Source: an uncultured virus (IMG/VR IMGVR_UViG_3300012971_000927) (lineage: Duplodnaviria; Heunggongvirae; Uroviricota; Caudoviricetes). From it: a DNA stretch of 20,000 nucleotides. The stretch lies in IMG/VR virus record IMGVR_UViG_3300012971_000927. One strand, given 5' to 3'. The stretch's first letter is position 1. Every line of letters starts with the position of its first letter. This document shows, piece after piece, positions 8,226 to 16,369 of the stretch. Both the position numbers and the translations under genes were made by a program. A model generated the notes under the pieces. The model searched no databases. It was not told the DNA's origin and saw nothing but the letters and a program-made list of their open reading frames with translations.

Positions 8226-9632
8226 ATGGACCGCCAGGACAATTTCAAATACAGCCACGACCTGGGCAAACTGGTGGAGGATGGCTACAAGAAAGGCGAG
8301 ATCAAATTCGACTGGCAGGGCCACTGCCGGGGCGGGCAGGTGCGGGCCGAAGCTATCGAGCGCGACCTGCACTTCCTGTTTCTCACCACCGAGGCGAGCA
8401 AGAAGAAGTGGCAGGAAGTCATCAAGGCCACAAAGACCAAGGAACCCCTTGCCGAACCATTCCCGATCAGCCACGGGATGCTGTCCTGCTACGATTGTGG
8501 CGATTGGATGCGCTGGCAGTTCGACGGCGTGACCTTCCGCGCCCGCAACGAGTGCAAATTCAAAAACGGCCTGCGGCCCACCGTCTTTGACTTGAATATT
8601 CCCTCCGGGCGGCTGATCGTCGCCAACGACCTGCGCGATCTGTTCCCCGTCGCCGGGGATTATAACATCAACACCACCCTGGGCTTGGTCCTGACGACCG
8701 AGAAATACGCCGAAGCCGGCCTGGCCCACGGTTTCGTCGGCAACACCTGCCCCCGCGTTTATAAACTCACCGGCAAGGACACGCATTTTGTCCTCGGCCC
8801 CGGCCCATACCCTGGCTGCCGCCGCGTTGCCGGCGTCTGCACCGACCTGTGGTGGTACTCGATCTGCGACGGGGACGAACTGGATCGCCGCCTCAAGGAG
8901 CGCAAATATAAGAATCTCAAAAAGGTCTACAAGGAACACAACCTCGACGTGGTGAAGTGCAAGCCCGGCCTGTACCGCTTCTCCCAGGAGTACCATACCC
9001 TCGATGACCGCGACCGCAAGCAGGCCGTGTACGCACGCTGGGAGTGGGTCGCCGCCCCGGCACCCGTCAAGGACTATCAGGCCCACTATAAAAGCCTCAA
9101 CTTCACCGCCGGCCAACTGATACGCGACAGCATGAAACGCTACCCCGGCCTCTACGGCGAAATGGATATGGCGGGCGTCCAGCGTGCCGTCGATCATATT
9201 TTCCTCACCAACGGCAACGGCCTGGAAATTCACCCCAACGGGTGGATTGGCGATGCCCCCGATCTGCAACCCGATGCCCCCGACATGGAAATCCCACTTC
9301 TTGAAGGGAAATTCCGTTGGTATCCCGGCGGCGACTGGTGCTACCTGGCCCACTGTGCCGGCTTTGCCGATCCCCTGTATGCCAGCCACAAAGAAGGCAA
9401 CCCGGACCTGAATGAAAGTTTCACCGCACTGGCGTTCAACATCTGCCACAACATCATCACCTACGGGGCTGAGGCCATCGGTAATAACAGCAACAAGAAA
9501 CGGGCGCAACAGGAGGCCAACGCCCTGGACCGCCTCGCCCGCCGTGCCTTGAAAGCCTTCGCCCAACGCTACCCGTCCAGGGTGCCCGACTACTGCCGGC
9601 CCATCCTCAAGAAGATGCGAGTGAAACTATGA
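8226..9632 (+). CDS. large hypothetical phage protein, 468 aa, Cys/aromatic-rich
   Basis: GGAG RBS before ATG 8226; CYDC, PSGRLIVANDLR, HGFVGNTCP, CTDLWWYS blocks; no function recognised. Confidence 0.85.
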   Translation: MDRQDNFKYSHDLGKLVEDGYKKGEIKFDWQGHCRGGQVRAEAIERDLHFLFLTTEASKKKWQEVIKATKTKEPLAEPFPISHGMLSCYDCGDWMRWQFDGVTFRARNECKFKNGLRPTVFDLNIPSGRLIVANDLRDLFPVAGDYNINTTLGLVLTTEKYAEAGLAHGFVGNTCPRVYKLTGKDTHFVLGPGPYPGCRRVAGVCTDLWWYSICDGDELDRRLKERKYKNLKKVYKEHNLDVVKCKPGLYRFSQEYHTLDDRDRKQAVYARWEWVAAPAPVKDYQAHYKSLNFTAGQLIRDSMKRYPGLYGEMDMAGVQRAVDHIFLTNGNGLEIHPNGWIGDAPDLQPDAPDMEIPLLEGKFRWYPGGDWCYLAHCAGFADPLYASHKEGNPDLNESFTALAFNICHNIITYGAEAIGNNSNKKRAQQEANALDRLARRALKAFAQRYPSRVPDYCRPILKKMRVKL

Positions 9633-9973
9633 CGATCTCCAACGCCCGCGCCCAACTCCTGGCCCATTACGGTTTCGCCCGTGACGTTGGGGAAGTCCTG
9701 ACCGACTTTACCGACAGGGAACTCGAAAGGCTCTGCAAGGACGCCCGCCGCGACCTGGACCGCCTGCTTGCCCTGACCAACGACATCAGGCTGCTGCGCG
9801 GCAAACGGCATTTGCTCCGCGAAGTTCTGGGCAAGCTGGACCAGAAATACGACAAGTCTTATGACCTGTTCGGCCCTGACGACCTGGAGCGACTTATCCG
9901 CCGGAAGGAGGCGGAACTCGAACGGGATCGCGCCTTCAAGGCGCAACTGAAAAGCAAGGAACAGCCGACATGA
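9629..9973 (+). CDS. helical charged hypothetical protein, 114 aa
   Basis: ATGA overlap. Confidence 0.75.
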   Translation: MTISNARAQLLAHYGFARDVGEVLTDFTDRELERLCKDARRDLDRLLALTNDIRLLRGKRHLLREVLGKLDQKYDKSYDLFGPDDLERLIRRKEAELERDRAFKAQLKSKEQPT

Positions 9974-10227
9974 ACATTAACCCCGACAGCCTGGAGGCGA
10001 TGGGCGAGTATTACGAAACCTGCGCTCAGGAACTCAAAAGCCGCATCTTGGCGCTCATCCCCAAGCACCCGGAAATTCTGCGGATGACCGACCCCTTCGA
10101 CCTTTTCAGGATTGCCGGCTTCAAGTGCCAAGACCTGGACCCGACTTACGCAATGGCCTGCGCCGCCCTGTCCTGCGCCAAACGGGACTACCAGCCGCGC
10201 ACCATTGACAGCGAGTGGCAAAGCTGA
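9970..10227 (+). CDS. hypothetical protein, 85 aa
   Basis: ATGA overlap; AAGGA RBS. Confidence 0.75.
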   Translation: MNINPDSLEAMGEYYETCAQELKSRILALIPKHPEILRMTDPFDLFRIAGFKCQDLDPTYAMACAALSCAKRDYQPRTIDSEWQS

Positions 10228-10237
10228 CGACAGCAGG

Positions 10238-10244
10238 ATATATA
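10238..10244 (+). promoter_or_regulatory. putative late-type promoter ATATATA
   Basis: AT heptamer directly before AGGAGG-ATG 10252; similar heptamers precede other genes. Confidence 0.4.
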
Positions 10245-10251
10245 AGGAGGC

Positions 10252-10440
10252 ATGGACGCACTCCTTTTACTCCTGTTCCTGGTCGCCGCCTGTGCGGTTA
10301 TTATCGCTCTGGCCCTCACCGCCTGGGGTTTCTTGGTCGCCCTGATGTGGTGCCTGCGGTGGCTGTTAAACAAGGTCAACGGGAAGAACAACTATGACCC
10401 TCCACGCGAAGACGGTGACCGTGACGGGCCAGTTCACTGA
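10252..10440 (+). CDS. small membrane protein, 62 aa
   Basis: AAGGAGG upstream; ~35 aa hydrophobic N-terminus. Confidence 0.7.
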   Translation: MDALLLLLFLVAACAVIIALALTAWGFLVALMWCLRWLLNKVNGKNNYDPPREDGDRDGPVH

Positions 10441-10675
10441 ACAGGACTGGCAGGATGTGGTCGAGGCCATCCGTAAGATCGAGCGCCGCCACCCGGACGT
10501 GGAATATGTGGTCCTGGTGGCCGACGCCAACTTGAACACCGACCAGGCCCTTGCTATGATGAAACGAACGTTCCCCAGGCTCCCAGGAGATGAACCGCTT
10601 TTTGGGGTTATCAAGGATGACGCAATGCCCGGAATGCGGCCAGACGCGGATAATAACCCACCCGCTAACCCATAA
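10394..10675 (+). CDS. hypothetical protein, 93 aa
   Basis: Plausible alpha/beta composition; overlaps neighbours. Confidence 0.7.
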   Translation: MTLHAKTVTVTGQFTEQDWQDVVEAIRKIERRHPDVEYVVLVADANLNTDQALAMMKRTFPRLPGDEPLFGVIKDDAMPGMRPDADNNPPANP

Positions 10676-10844
10676 ACCCGCGTTCGCCTGCGGCTACAGT
10701 CGCGGCTATACGCTCGATACACGCTGCGAACTGCACTGCGTCTGCGACCTCAAAACTGTCTTGATGGTCACGGGTTGCCAGTGCGGTGCCTTCCAGAAGG
10801 AGCGGCAAATAAAACATGCCAAGGGCCTACTTGGAACTGGCTGA
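10617..10844 (+). CDS. small Cys-rich protein, ~75 aa (start uncertain, 10590 or 10617)
   Basis: CPECG...C...CELHCVCDL...GCQCG. Confidence 0.6.
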   Translation: MTQCPECGQTRIITHPLTHKPAFACGYSRGYTLDTRCELHCVCDLKTVLMVTGCQCGAFQKERQIKHAKGLLGTG

Positions 10845-11484
10845 TCGGCTCGGTTACAAACTCCTCAAGGACCACGGACCTCTCCACCCGGAAAGCTGGC
10901 CCGGCCTCGCCACCCGCTACGCTGAACCGTTCGTCCGCCATGCCTTTGAGAGTGGCCGGTATGACTTCATTTATCAATGCCTGGAATGTACCGGCTCGCC
11001 CGCCGGCGCAACGCTAGGCCGACACCACGACCTCACTCCCGAAAACTTCCTCCGCGTCCTCGAATGCCTCTGCCACGACGTTCTCGATGCCGCCAACTTC
11101 CACCTGCGGCTCCTCCTTGATGTCGAGGAATTCCGCCTTCTCGATCTCGACAATTCCGACTTCCATAAAGGCACCTGGACTGGCCACAGCTACCTGGGCC
11201 ACGCCTGCTTCCTCAACCGCAGCGACATCGACTGCGAGTGGAACGACCACGACAACGCCTACAAGGAGGAAAGCCTTGCCTTTTATTCCGCAAGCGAGGC
11301 GTTCCTGACGGTCCACAACTACCTCGGCCCCTACCAGGCGATCAACCTGCCCCGCAACGTTATCGTCGTCGCCACCACCAAGGACCAGGAAATCATCTAT
11401 TATAACCAGGACAGTATCGAGAAATGGCTGGCCAACAAGCCCGACTGGACCTGGCACAAACCAAAAAAAAAGGGCCAGGAATGA
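10816..11484 (+). CDS. hypothetical protein, 222 aa
   Basis: Long ORF with typical codon bias; last gene of the + run. Confidence 0.8.
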   Translation: MPRAYLELADRLGYKLLKDHGPLHPESWPGLATRYAEPFVRHAFESGRYDFIYQCLECTGSPAGATLGRHHDLTPENFLRVLECLCHDVLDAANFHLRLLLDVEEFRLLDLDNSDFHKGTWTGHSYLGHACFLNRSDIDCEWNDHDNAYKEESLAFYSASEAFLTVHNYLGPYQAINLPRNVIVVATTKDQEIIYYNQDSIEKWLANKPDWTWHKPKKKGQE

Positions 11485-11493
11485 CCTGGCCCT
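11463..11493 (-). terminator. rho-independent terminator for the minus-strand unit
   Basis: 9-bp perfect stem AGGGCCAGG/CCTGGCCCT, 5-nt loop, A-run on + (U-tract on -), just past the stop at 11503. Confidence 0.85.
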
Positions 11494-11502
11494 CACCCCC
11501 GC

Positions 11503-12138
11503 TTAGTAGCGGTAGTAGTAATAGGGGTAGCTGTACTGATACGGATAGCTGTACTGATACGGATAGCTGTACTGATACGGATAGCTGTAGCTATATGGGT
11601 AGCTGTAGCTATATGGGTAGCTGTAGCTATATGGGTAGCCGTAGCTATATGGGTAACTGAAGCCCCCGAAGCCCCCGAAGCTGCTGCGGAATCTAAAGGC
11701 ATCACCGAAGAAACCGCGTTCAAACCGCTCGAACTCACGGAACAGGGCGGGATTGGTCTGTCGTAAGTGGGCTTCAAAACGGTCTTCAAAGCGGTCGAAT
11801 CCCAAACCACGCAAGCGAAAATCACGTTCAAACCGCTCGAACTCCCGGAACAAGGCGGGATTTTGAAGTCGCAATCGGGCCTCAAAACGGTCCTCAAAGC
11901 GGAAGCTGTTAAACCGAGGGTCGAACCGGAAGCCGCCAAACCGAGGGTCGAACCTGTTAAAGCGAGGGTCGAACCCGAACCTGTTAAAGCGAGGGTCAAA
12001 ACGCTGTGGCGGCACGAAACGCTGGCCTGGGAAGGGCCGCGAGAACTGTACACGACCGCGACCCGGCTGGGCCTGGACCTCCGAAGCCGGCAAAAACATC
12101 GCTACGCCGAGCAATAACGGTGCTAAAACTTTGAGCAT
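11503..12138 (-). CDS. secreted low-complexity repeat protein, 211 aa (RFDPRF repeats, duplicated FEDRFEA-L---NPALFREFERFER, Tyr/Ser/Pro tail)
   Basis: AAGGAGG RBS before ATG 12138; signal peptide MLKVLAPLLLGVAMFLPASEVQA; downstream terminator. Confidence 0.85.
   Translation of the reverse strand: MLKVLAPLLLGVAMFLPASEVQAQPGRGRVQFSRPFPGQRFVPPQRFDPRFNRFGFDPRFNRFDPRFGGFRFDPRFNSFRFEDRFEARLRLQNPALFREFERFERDFRLRGLGFDRFEDRFEAHLRQTNPALFREFERFERGFFGDAFRFRSSFGGFGGFSYPYSYGYPYSYSYPYSYSYPYSYSYPYQYSYPYQYSYPYQYSYPYYYYRY
11528..11653. repeat. coding tandem repeat, 7 x 18 bp
   Basis: TAGCTGTACTGATACGGA x3 followed by TAGCYGTAGCTATATGGG x4; encodes PYQYSY/PYSYSY on the - strand. Confidence 0.95.
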
Positions 12139-12163
12139 GGGAACCTCCTTGTAAAGACGCTGG

Positions 12164-12170
12164 TATATAT
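12164..12170 (-). promoter_or_regulatory. putative late-type promoter ATATATA
   Basis: Between the hydrolase stop and the RBS of the repeat-protein gene. Confidence 0.4.
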
Positions 12171-12905
12171 TCAGGCCACGTCCTTTTTCAAGCCGCGAAA
12201 GAAGCTCACCAGCGCCGCCGCCTGGCGGTCGTTCACCAAGTTCTCGGTCAATAGCGGGTGGTCCGACTCGATCACCCGCAGCCACGCCTCACCCCCGGCA
12301 CCCTTTAGAGCCGCATACAATTTTTGCGCCTGCCAGTCCAAGGTCGCGTAATCGTTGTTGGCGTACACCACCACCCAGGGCGGCAAACCGGGGCGCACAT
12401 GGTTCAACGGGGACGCCTCCCGGCGACAACCCCACGGGAAGGCACCGCCATAACCTGTCAGGTCCAAAAGATAATTGATCTGGTAAACCCCGCTCATGGT
12501 CACCACACCCTTCAACACCCCCGGCGACAAGCCCTGCTCGGCCAGGTAATCGCCGTTGGTCGCCAACAGAGCCGCCATGTGGCCCCCGGCGGAAAAACCC
12601 GTTAAATATAACCGCTCGCTGTCGCCGCCATATTCCCCAATGTGCGCATGGACCCACGCCAGCGCCAGGGCACAGTCGCGGGTATGGTCCGGGTGGATGA
12701 CCTCCGGCGTCAGGCGGTAATTCATCAGCACCCCCACGAGGTTGTGCCGGGCCAGCCACTCGCCCAGGTGCGGGTACAAGTCCTTACTGCCCTCCCGCCA
12801 GCCGCCGCCGTGGATGAACAACACCACCGGGAAACTGCCCGCCCCCGCCGGTGCGTAAACGTCCAAGACGTGCCGCTCGTGACTGCCGTAAGCAATGTTT
12901 TTCAT
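12171..12905 (-). CDS. alpha/beta hydrolase (HSL-like carboxylesterase/arylformamidase type), 244 aa
   Basis: LDVY, FIHGGGW oxyanion motif, NYRL.P, YGGD..R, GFSAGG nucleophile elbow, ASPL, candidate Asp and His; GGAGGAG RBS. Confidence 0.95.
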   Translation of the reverse strand: MKNIAYGSHERHVLDVYAPAGAGSFPVVLFIHGGGWREGSKDLYPHLGEWLARHNLVGVLMNYRLTPEVIHPDHTRDCALALAWVHAHIGEYGGDSERLYLTGFSAGGHMAALLATNGDYLAEQGLSPGVLKGVVTMSGVYQINYLLDLTGYGGAFPWGCRREASPLNHVRPGLPPWVVVYANNDYATLDWQAQKLYAALKGAGGEAWLRVIESDHPLLTENLVNDRQAAALVSFFRGLKKDVA

Positions 12906-12962
12906 GACTCCTCCGTGAAAAAGGCCACACTGCCCTCAACAGAGTAACCCACCAACACGCTA

Positions 12963-12991
12963 TTTACAAGCCGGCCACCGGAAACTACAAT
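12963..12991 (+). promoter_or_regulatory. sigma70-like promoter (TTTACA-N17-TACAAT), probably giving a leaderless mRNA
   Basis: Near-consensus boxes; ATG 12999 lies 7 nt after the -10 with no SD. Confidence 0.7.
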
Positions 12992-12998
12992 CACCCCA

Positions 12999-13475
12999 AT
13001 GGACCCCATCCAGCTACTCGACGCCGCCCTGGAAAACCTGCACCAGCAGGCTCAACAATTGCTGGCCGAGTACCACCGACGCCACCGCGAACCCCTGCCG
13101 CCCGAAGTCGTAGAAAGGCTCACCGTTATGTGGCTCGACACCCTGGAAATCTTCGCGGTCGGCCCCCTTCACTACCGGGCCACCAAGCAAATCGTCGCCC
13201 ACATCGACCGCGACATCCGCGACCAAATCATGGCCCTGGCAGAGATGGCCCGCCGCAAACGTGGCGTCGAGATCGCCCGCGACACCTTTTATTACGTCCG
13301 ATTTCAAAACCCGCCCCACGCCCGCCTGATCGTCTGCGTCTTCCTGGCCACCAGCAAAAACCAACGCTATAATTTCATCGCCTACTACGACGAGATCGAA
13401 CACCTGCTGCAAAAGGGCCTTGAAACCGGCGACGTGAAACAACTTCCCGGCAACCCCTTCACGGAGATGACATGA
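12999..13475 (+). CDS. hypothetical protein, 158 aa
   Basis: Downstream of the promoter; overlaps the purC start. Confidence 0.8.
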   Translation: MDPIQLLDAALENLHQQAQQLLAEYHRRHREPLPPEVVERLTVMWLDTLEIFAVGPLHYRATKQIVAHIDRDIRDQIMALAEMARRKRGVEIARDTFYYVRFQNPPHARLIVCVFLATSKNQRYNFIAYYDEIEHLLQKGLETGDVKQLPGNPFTEMT

Positions 13476-14200
13476 AACTGCTGACCGAAGGCAAGACCAA
13501 GCAAATCTACGACGACAACGGCAAGTGCGTTATCGTCCAGAAAGACGACATCACCGCCGGGGACGGTGCCCGTAAACATTCCATCCCCGGCAAGGGCCAG
13601 GTCGCAGCCCAGACCACCATCAACGTGTTTCGCTTCCTGACCCAAAAAGGCATCGCCAGCCACTACCTCGGCCACGAAGGCGATCACATGATCGTCCGGC
13701 GCTGCCACATGATCCCCCTCGAAGTCGTCACCCGCCGCATCGCCACCGGCAGCTACCTCAAACGCCGCCCCGACATCCCCGAAGGCAGCCGCTTCGACCC
13801 GCCTGTGCAGGAATTCTTCCTCAAGGACGATGCCAACCACGACCCCCTCATCAGCCCCGCCCAAATCCTCCACGAAGGCATCCTCCACGTCGAAGAACTC
13901 GCCACCGTCAACACCACCGCCCTCCAGGTCTTCCTCGCCCTCGAACATGCCTGGAACAAACACAACGTCGCCCTGGTCGATCTCAAGATCGAGTTCGGCC
14001 ACGATGTCCATACAAACGAACTGCTCGTGGCCGACGTGATCGACAACGACTCCTGGCGCATCTGGCCCCAGGGGAAAAAGGAACTCATGCTCGACAAGCA
14101 AATATATCGCAACCTCCCCGACATTACCGACATCGCCCTGGACCATATCCTGGCCAACTACCGGCAGGTGGAAGAAATGACCGCCAAATTCATGGAGTAA
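13472..14200 (+). CDS. purC: SAICAR synthetase (phosphoribosylaminoimidazole-succinocarboxamide synthase), PAICS/Ade5-like subtype
   Basis: EGKTKQIY, KDDITAGDG, IPGKG, MIPLEVVTRRIATGS, EFFLKDD..HDP, LVDLKIEFG, ADVIDNDSWRIW, DKQIYR; GGAG RBS. Confidence 0.97.
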   Translation: MKLLTEGKTKQIYDDNGKCVIVQKDDITAGDGARKHSIPGKGQVAAQTTINVFRFLTQKGIASHYLGHEGDHMIVRRCHMIPLEVVTRRIATGSYLKRRPDIPEGSRFDPPVQEFFLKDDANHDPLISPAQILHEGILHVEELATVNTTALQVFLALEHAWNKHNVALVDLKIEFGHDVHTNELLVADVIDNDSWRIWPQGKKELMLDKQIYRNLPDITDIALDHILANYRQVEEMTAKFME

Positions 14201-14202
14201 AT

Positions 14203-14559
14203 ATGCCCCCTGAACAACCACCCCACGAGGCCATCGGCGTCTTCATGGCGGTCGGCGTGTTCATCGCCATCGCCATCCTCGCCTTGCTGTTCCTGGCCCT
14301 GTTCGTCAAGGATTATTACGAGGCCCGTAAACAAACCGCCCGCCGCAATGAGCGCTACGCCATACGCTCGCGCATCGTCTTCTCCAACCAGAAGAACTCC
14401 GAACAGCCGGTGGTCATTATTAACACGAATGCCATCCGCCTGTTCGAGTTCTTCGATAGTATCCCCGAACGCAACAAGTGGAAGAAATGGGTCAAGAAGT
14501 GCTATGAGGAACAGAACGGGTCGTTCCCCGTTTATATTAACGGCGTGCTGAAAGGTTAA
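14203..14559 (+). CDS. single-TM membrane protein, 118 aa
   Basis: GGAG RBS; hydrophobic segment AIGVFMAVGVFIAIAILALLFLALFV. Confidence 0.75.
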   Translation: MPPEQPPHEAIGVFMAVGVFIAIAILALLFLALFVKDYYEARKQTARRNERYAIRSRIVFSNQKNSEQPVVIINTNAIRLFEFFDSIPERNKWKKWVKKCYEEQNGSFPVYINGVLKG

Positions 14560-15752
14560 GCCCAGATGGTGCCGGTGATGCCGCCCGTAACCCGACTGGC
14601 AACGTAATCGTACCATGTGACGACGGCGGTGCCGTTGGAAACGGACTCAACCGGCTGGAGGTAGTGGTAGCCGATGGCGGGAATCTGGTTGTAGCGGGCA
14701 ATTTGCAGGACAGTGGTGCTGGGGGCTGTGCTGCTCGGCAGTACCGTTTCGACGGTGGCCAACGCATCGGCCCCGGCGGGTGCCCCGGTGCCGTCCAGGG
14801 TCAGACCAAAATTGACGTAACTGCCCGCCTGTGGCGCGGTGGCGTAAATCCCGGCCAGGGCATCTACGGGGCGGATCGGGGCCAAACCAATTACGAATTC
14901 GACCGCCCTTGCTTTGGTGGCGTCGGCGTTCTGGCCCCGCCATGCCAGAACGCCGGTGTATGCCCACGAACCAGTCTGCGGCGCATTGGCCAGGCGGCGC
15001 GGCAGTTGGTTGTAATAATTCCACAAGAAACGCTGCTTGGGCTGGTCGGCGGTGGTGGTCGCAGCCGTCGTGTAAAAGGTGCCCAAGTACCGATAGCCGT
15101 TGCTCCACGCACCCACCATCGGCACGCCATCCTGGTACAAGATGCCCAGACTCCGGGTCGTGGGGTTAGTCCACACCCCCGCCACCAACGTCAAAACGCC
15201 GTTGTTGTCCCAGATGTAAATGTCATACGGCATGTTCGCCGTCAAACCGGCCAGATTATAGCTGAGTTCGGTGAACTCCATCAACTTCCACTGGCCCACC
15301 CCCATGATCGGCTCCGGCATCGCAATCTGGCTGCCCAGGTAGGGGGTGAAGTATATGGTGGAACCGCTCGTCGCGTCACCGCCGGGCGTGCCACTCACCA
15401 GCCCCAGCCGCCCCTGGCAAATAAAGGGATTGATACGGGCCATGTAATTCGCCAACGGCGTGATGAAAACGTCCTTAGTCCCAGCCGAGAAATTGGTGAG
15501 ATTCGTCCCCGCGCTGCCGTCAAACACCTGCCCGGCAGTCCGCGTCAAGGTAACGCTGGGACCGTCCACACTTCCCATCCCCACTTCCCAATCACTCGCC
15601 GTCTGATGGGCGATGCAGTAAGCAACCGTCAAGGCGGCACCCGTGGTATTTAAGTTCTTCCACGGACCCGATGCCGCCCCCAGGGTAAACGCACCCGTAC
15701 TCGTGGAGGTCGAGGTCTGCTTGCGTCGGTCGTAGTAAATCGGGTTGGCCAT
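14556..15752 (-). CDS. probable virion structural (tail fibre/spike-associated) protein, 398 aa
   Basis: Thr/Gly/Ala-rich beta composition; N-terminal DR.KQTSTSTSTGAFTL...WEVG.G...TLTR...NFSAGTKDVF module typical of phage tail-associated proteins (recollection only); start taken at MANP. Confidence 0.75.
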   Translation of the reverse strand: MANPIYYDRRKQTSTSTSTGAFTLGAASGPWKNLNTTGAALTVAYCIAHQTASDWEVGMGSVDGPSVTLTRTAGQVFDGSAGTNLTNFSAGTKDVFITPLANYMARINPFICQGRLGLVSGTPGGDATSGSTIYFTPYLGSQIAMPEPIMGVGQWKLMEFTELSYNLAGLTANMPYDIYIWDNNGVLTLVAGVWTNPTTRSLGILYQDGVPMVGAWSNGYRYLGTFYTTAATTTADQPKQRFLWNYYNQLPRRLANAPQTGSWAYTGVLAWRGQNADATKARAVEFVIGLAPIRPVDALAGIYATAPQAGSYVNFGLTLDGTGAPAGADALATVETVLPSSTAPSTTVLQIARYNQIPAIGYHYLQPVESVSNGTAVVTWYDYVASRVTGGITGTIWA

Positions 15753-15757
15753 TCTAC

Positions 15758-15799
15758 TATGTAGCAATCACCCGAAAAATATCGGCACTCCACTAAATA
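15758..15799. promoter_or_regulatory. divergent late-type promoters CTACATA (-, 15758-15764) and CTAAATA (+, 15793-15799)
   Basis: Each is 4-5 nt before the ATG of a probable virion gene; resembles T4 late TATAAATA. Confidence 0.5.
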
Positions 15800-15803
15800 A
15801 GGA

Positions 15804-16148
15804 ATGCAGGACTTCCGCCACTGGCTCGAACAACGCGACCCACAACTGCACCAGGAAATGCTGGGAGGACTCCGACGCGGCCTACGCTGGGCCGGCTCCC
15901 AACTCCTGCCCACCGCCCTCAACACGGCAATGGTCCTCGCCGCCCCCATCCATGTCGGCGCTCCCCACCAACACGGCGACATCCCTTCGCCCAACAAATC
16001 CACCGGCATCGTCCAAGATGACACCGCCAACTACTTGATCCGCCGACGCCTCGCTAAACGCCAACGCCGCCAGGAAGCCGAACAAGGCGTGGACAAATCC
16101 CTGCGCAGCAACCTGGCCGGCATCGCCCGCATGAAGAATGCCCGCTAA
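15804..16148 (+). CDS. hypothetical protein with a capsid-targeting-like N-terminus, 114 aa
   Basis: MQDFRHWLEQRDPQLHQE resembles T4 internal-protein leaders (MKTYQEFIAE); basic C-terminus. Confidence 0.7.
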   Translation: MQDFRHWLEQRDPQLHQEMLGGLRRGLRWAGSQLLPTALNTAMVLAAPIHVGAPHQHGDIPSPNKSTGIVQDDTANYLIRRRLAKRQRRQEAEQGVDKSLRSNLAGIARMKNAR

Positions 16149-16255
16149 GGCCCCCAGCAGCCCCGCCACGCCCTTCTGAGGCCAATAAGCAGCCCCCGGC
16201 CCCTCGGCACCCCCAAAGGCCGTAGAGGGGCAGCCAGGGGCCAAGAAAGGCATCT

Positions 16256-16363
16256 GGACATATAGCCCACGCGGATATAGCTCCGTGCGGATATAGCTCA
16301 CGCAGATATAGCTCCGTGCGGATATAGCTCCGTGCGGATATAGCTCCGTGCGGATATAGCCCC
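16256..16363. repeat. non-coding tandem array of ~7 x 15-16 bp, consensus GCGGATATAGCTCCGT
   Basis: Units at 16271, 16287, 16302, 16318, 16334 and 16350, plus a degenerate one at 16256. Confidence 0.95.
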
Positions 16364-16369
16364 AGGGTA

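Noticed and set aside
8175..9566. 463-aa minus-strand ORF (likewise 3566-4759, 4737-5819, 13385-14221 on -, and 14664-15653 on +)
   Set aside because: Shadow ORFs expected from high-GC3 coding on the opposite strand; V/G/L-rich with no motifs.
11424..12117. + strand repeat ORFs (SCTDTD and KPRVEP repeats)
   Set aside because: The minus-strand frame has an SD, signal peptide and terminator; these are its antisense readings.
16256..16363. CRISPR array
   Set aside because: Units are 15-16 bp and directly adjacent with no unique spacers; no cas genes.
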